Assembly: GCF_036321535.1 (NCBI RefSeq)
Contig: NC_087439.1
Span: 41,664,001 to 41,728,000, forward strand
From: Camelus dromedarius
Taxonomy: Eukaryota
Length of the DNA: 64,000 nucleotides
Reading direction: 5' to 3'
Shown here: positions 63,246 to 64,000 of the stretch, in pieces
Layout of the letters: each line of letters opens with the position of its first letter
How positions within the stretch are numbered: the first letter of the stretch is position 1
Translations under genes and position numbers: made by a program
The notes under the pieces: generated by a model
Told to the model about the DNA's origin: nothing
The model's input: the letters and a program-made list of their open reading frames with translations, nothing else
Database searches by the model: none

Positions 63246-64000
63246 CATAGGATTCCTTTTCTCTCCAAACATAATATGCCTCTGATAGTCTTTAGTTTTA
63301 GTTGTTTATAGTATCATATTTGAAAGCATCTGTGTTTTCAGTGTTTATTTTTATGCTTGTGTACCATTAGCGTACCTATATATAAGTCCAATAGAATATT
63401 CCATTTAGTGCTTTTAGTTTGTAGGTTCCACACCAGGAAGAAAAAGAAAATCATGTGAATTTTGTTATATTGGTTACATTTTGGGATGCCTTAATTAAAG
63501 AGATAATGCACTCCAAGTATCATACACTAGATCTGTAAAAAAGACAGTTTAATAAAGACTGAGTAAAAATAAGTGATGATGTTGGAATAAGGTTGTTCCA
63601 TTGACAGTGAAATATTGGAGAAATAAATAGAATATTCATGTACATAGACAATTTTAAAAAATTATCTTCAAAGCTGTCTTTAGCTGAAATGTATGAGTGA
63701 ACACTGGAATATCTCATTACCACACAGGAATATTCTAACTGAAAATTTCTAATGAAAACGACAAAAGAGTGAAGAGTTGGAGGGAATGATTTATCTGGAA
63801 TATGTCTAAAATGCATTGTCATTTGATTTCATAGAATGTTACTTATGAAACTAAATATCTACATTTGTCTCATTTATGTGCTAATTGTGTTTTAATATTG
63901 GTGAGGTCAACCCTGCTTGTCAACAGAATGTACAGGCATTTAGGCAATATATTTTAAGAGGCTTTACTGCCCTAAAATATCTCCTACCACATGACTGAAA

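Noticed and set aside
154-63822. Supplied six-frame ORFs (60-195 aa) as protein-coding genes
   Set aside because: They are short, many use non-ATG starts, span N runs, or derive from L1/L2/microsatellites. None resembles a protein family I can recognise, and mammalian genes would be spliced.

Overview
This is AT-rich, CpG-depleted mammalian genomic DNA. It is most likely camelid (camel/alpaca/llama), because it carries a vic-1-like tRNA-derived SINE and camelid-type L1 3' ends. It reads as the interior of a large intron or an intergenic region. Much of it is interspersed repeat: L2, MIR, old L1M/L1ME, younger L1 3' ends with target-site duplications (TSDs), MaLR LTRs, and MER5A/MER58B/MER53 DNA transposons. 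There are also microsatellites and seven N runs of 132-233 nt. I could not recognise any protein-coding gene, tRNA, rRNA or CRISPR array, and the supplied ORFs look like chance or repeat-derived frames. The most interesting non-repeat signals are: (1) a CpG-retaining promoter-like element at about 37.1-37.63 kb with an RFX X-box-like site, a GC box, a perfect octamer and two short minus-strand exon candidates; (2) a pri-miRNA-shaped hairpin at about 50.09-50.17 kb whose non-Watson-Crick pairs are all G:U on the + strand; (3) several minus-strand exon and microexon candidates between 47.7 and 58 kb, some of which join in frame; (4) paired palindromes at 35.5 kb, a perfect fold-back at 63.1 kb and a 153-bp local duplication. 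None of these is demonstrated to be a new biological system; all are hypotheses made by eye, and repeat family names and boundaries are approximate.
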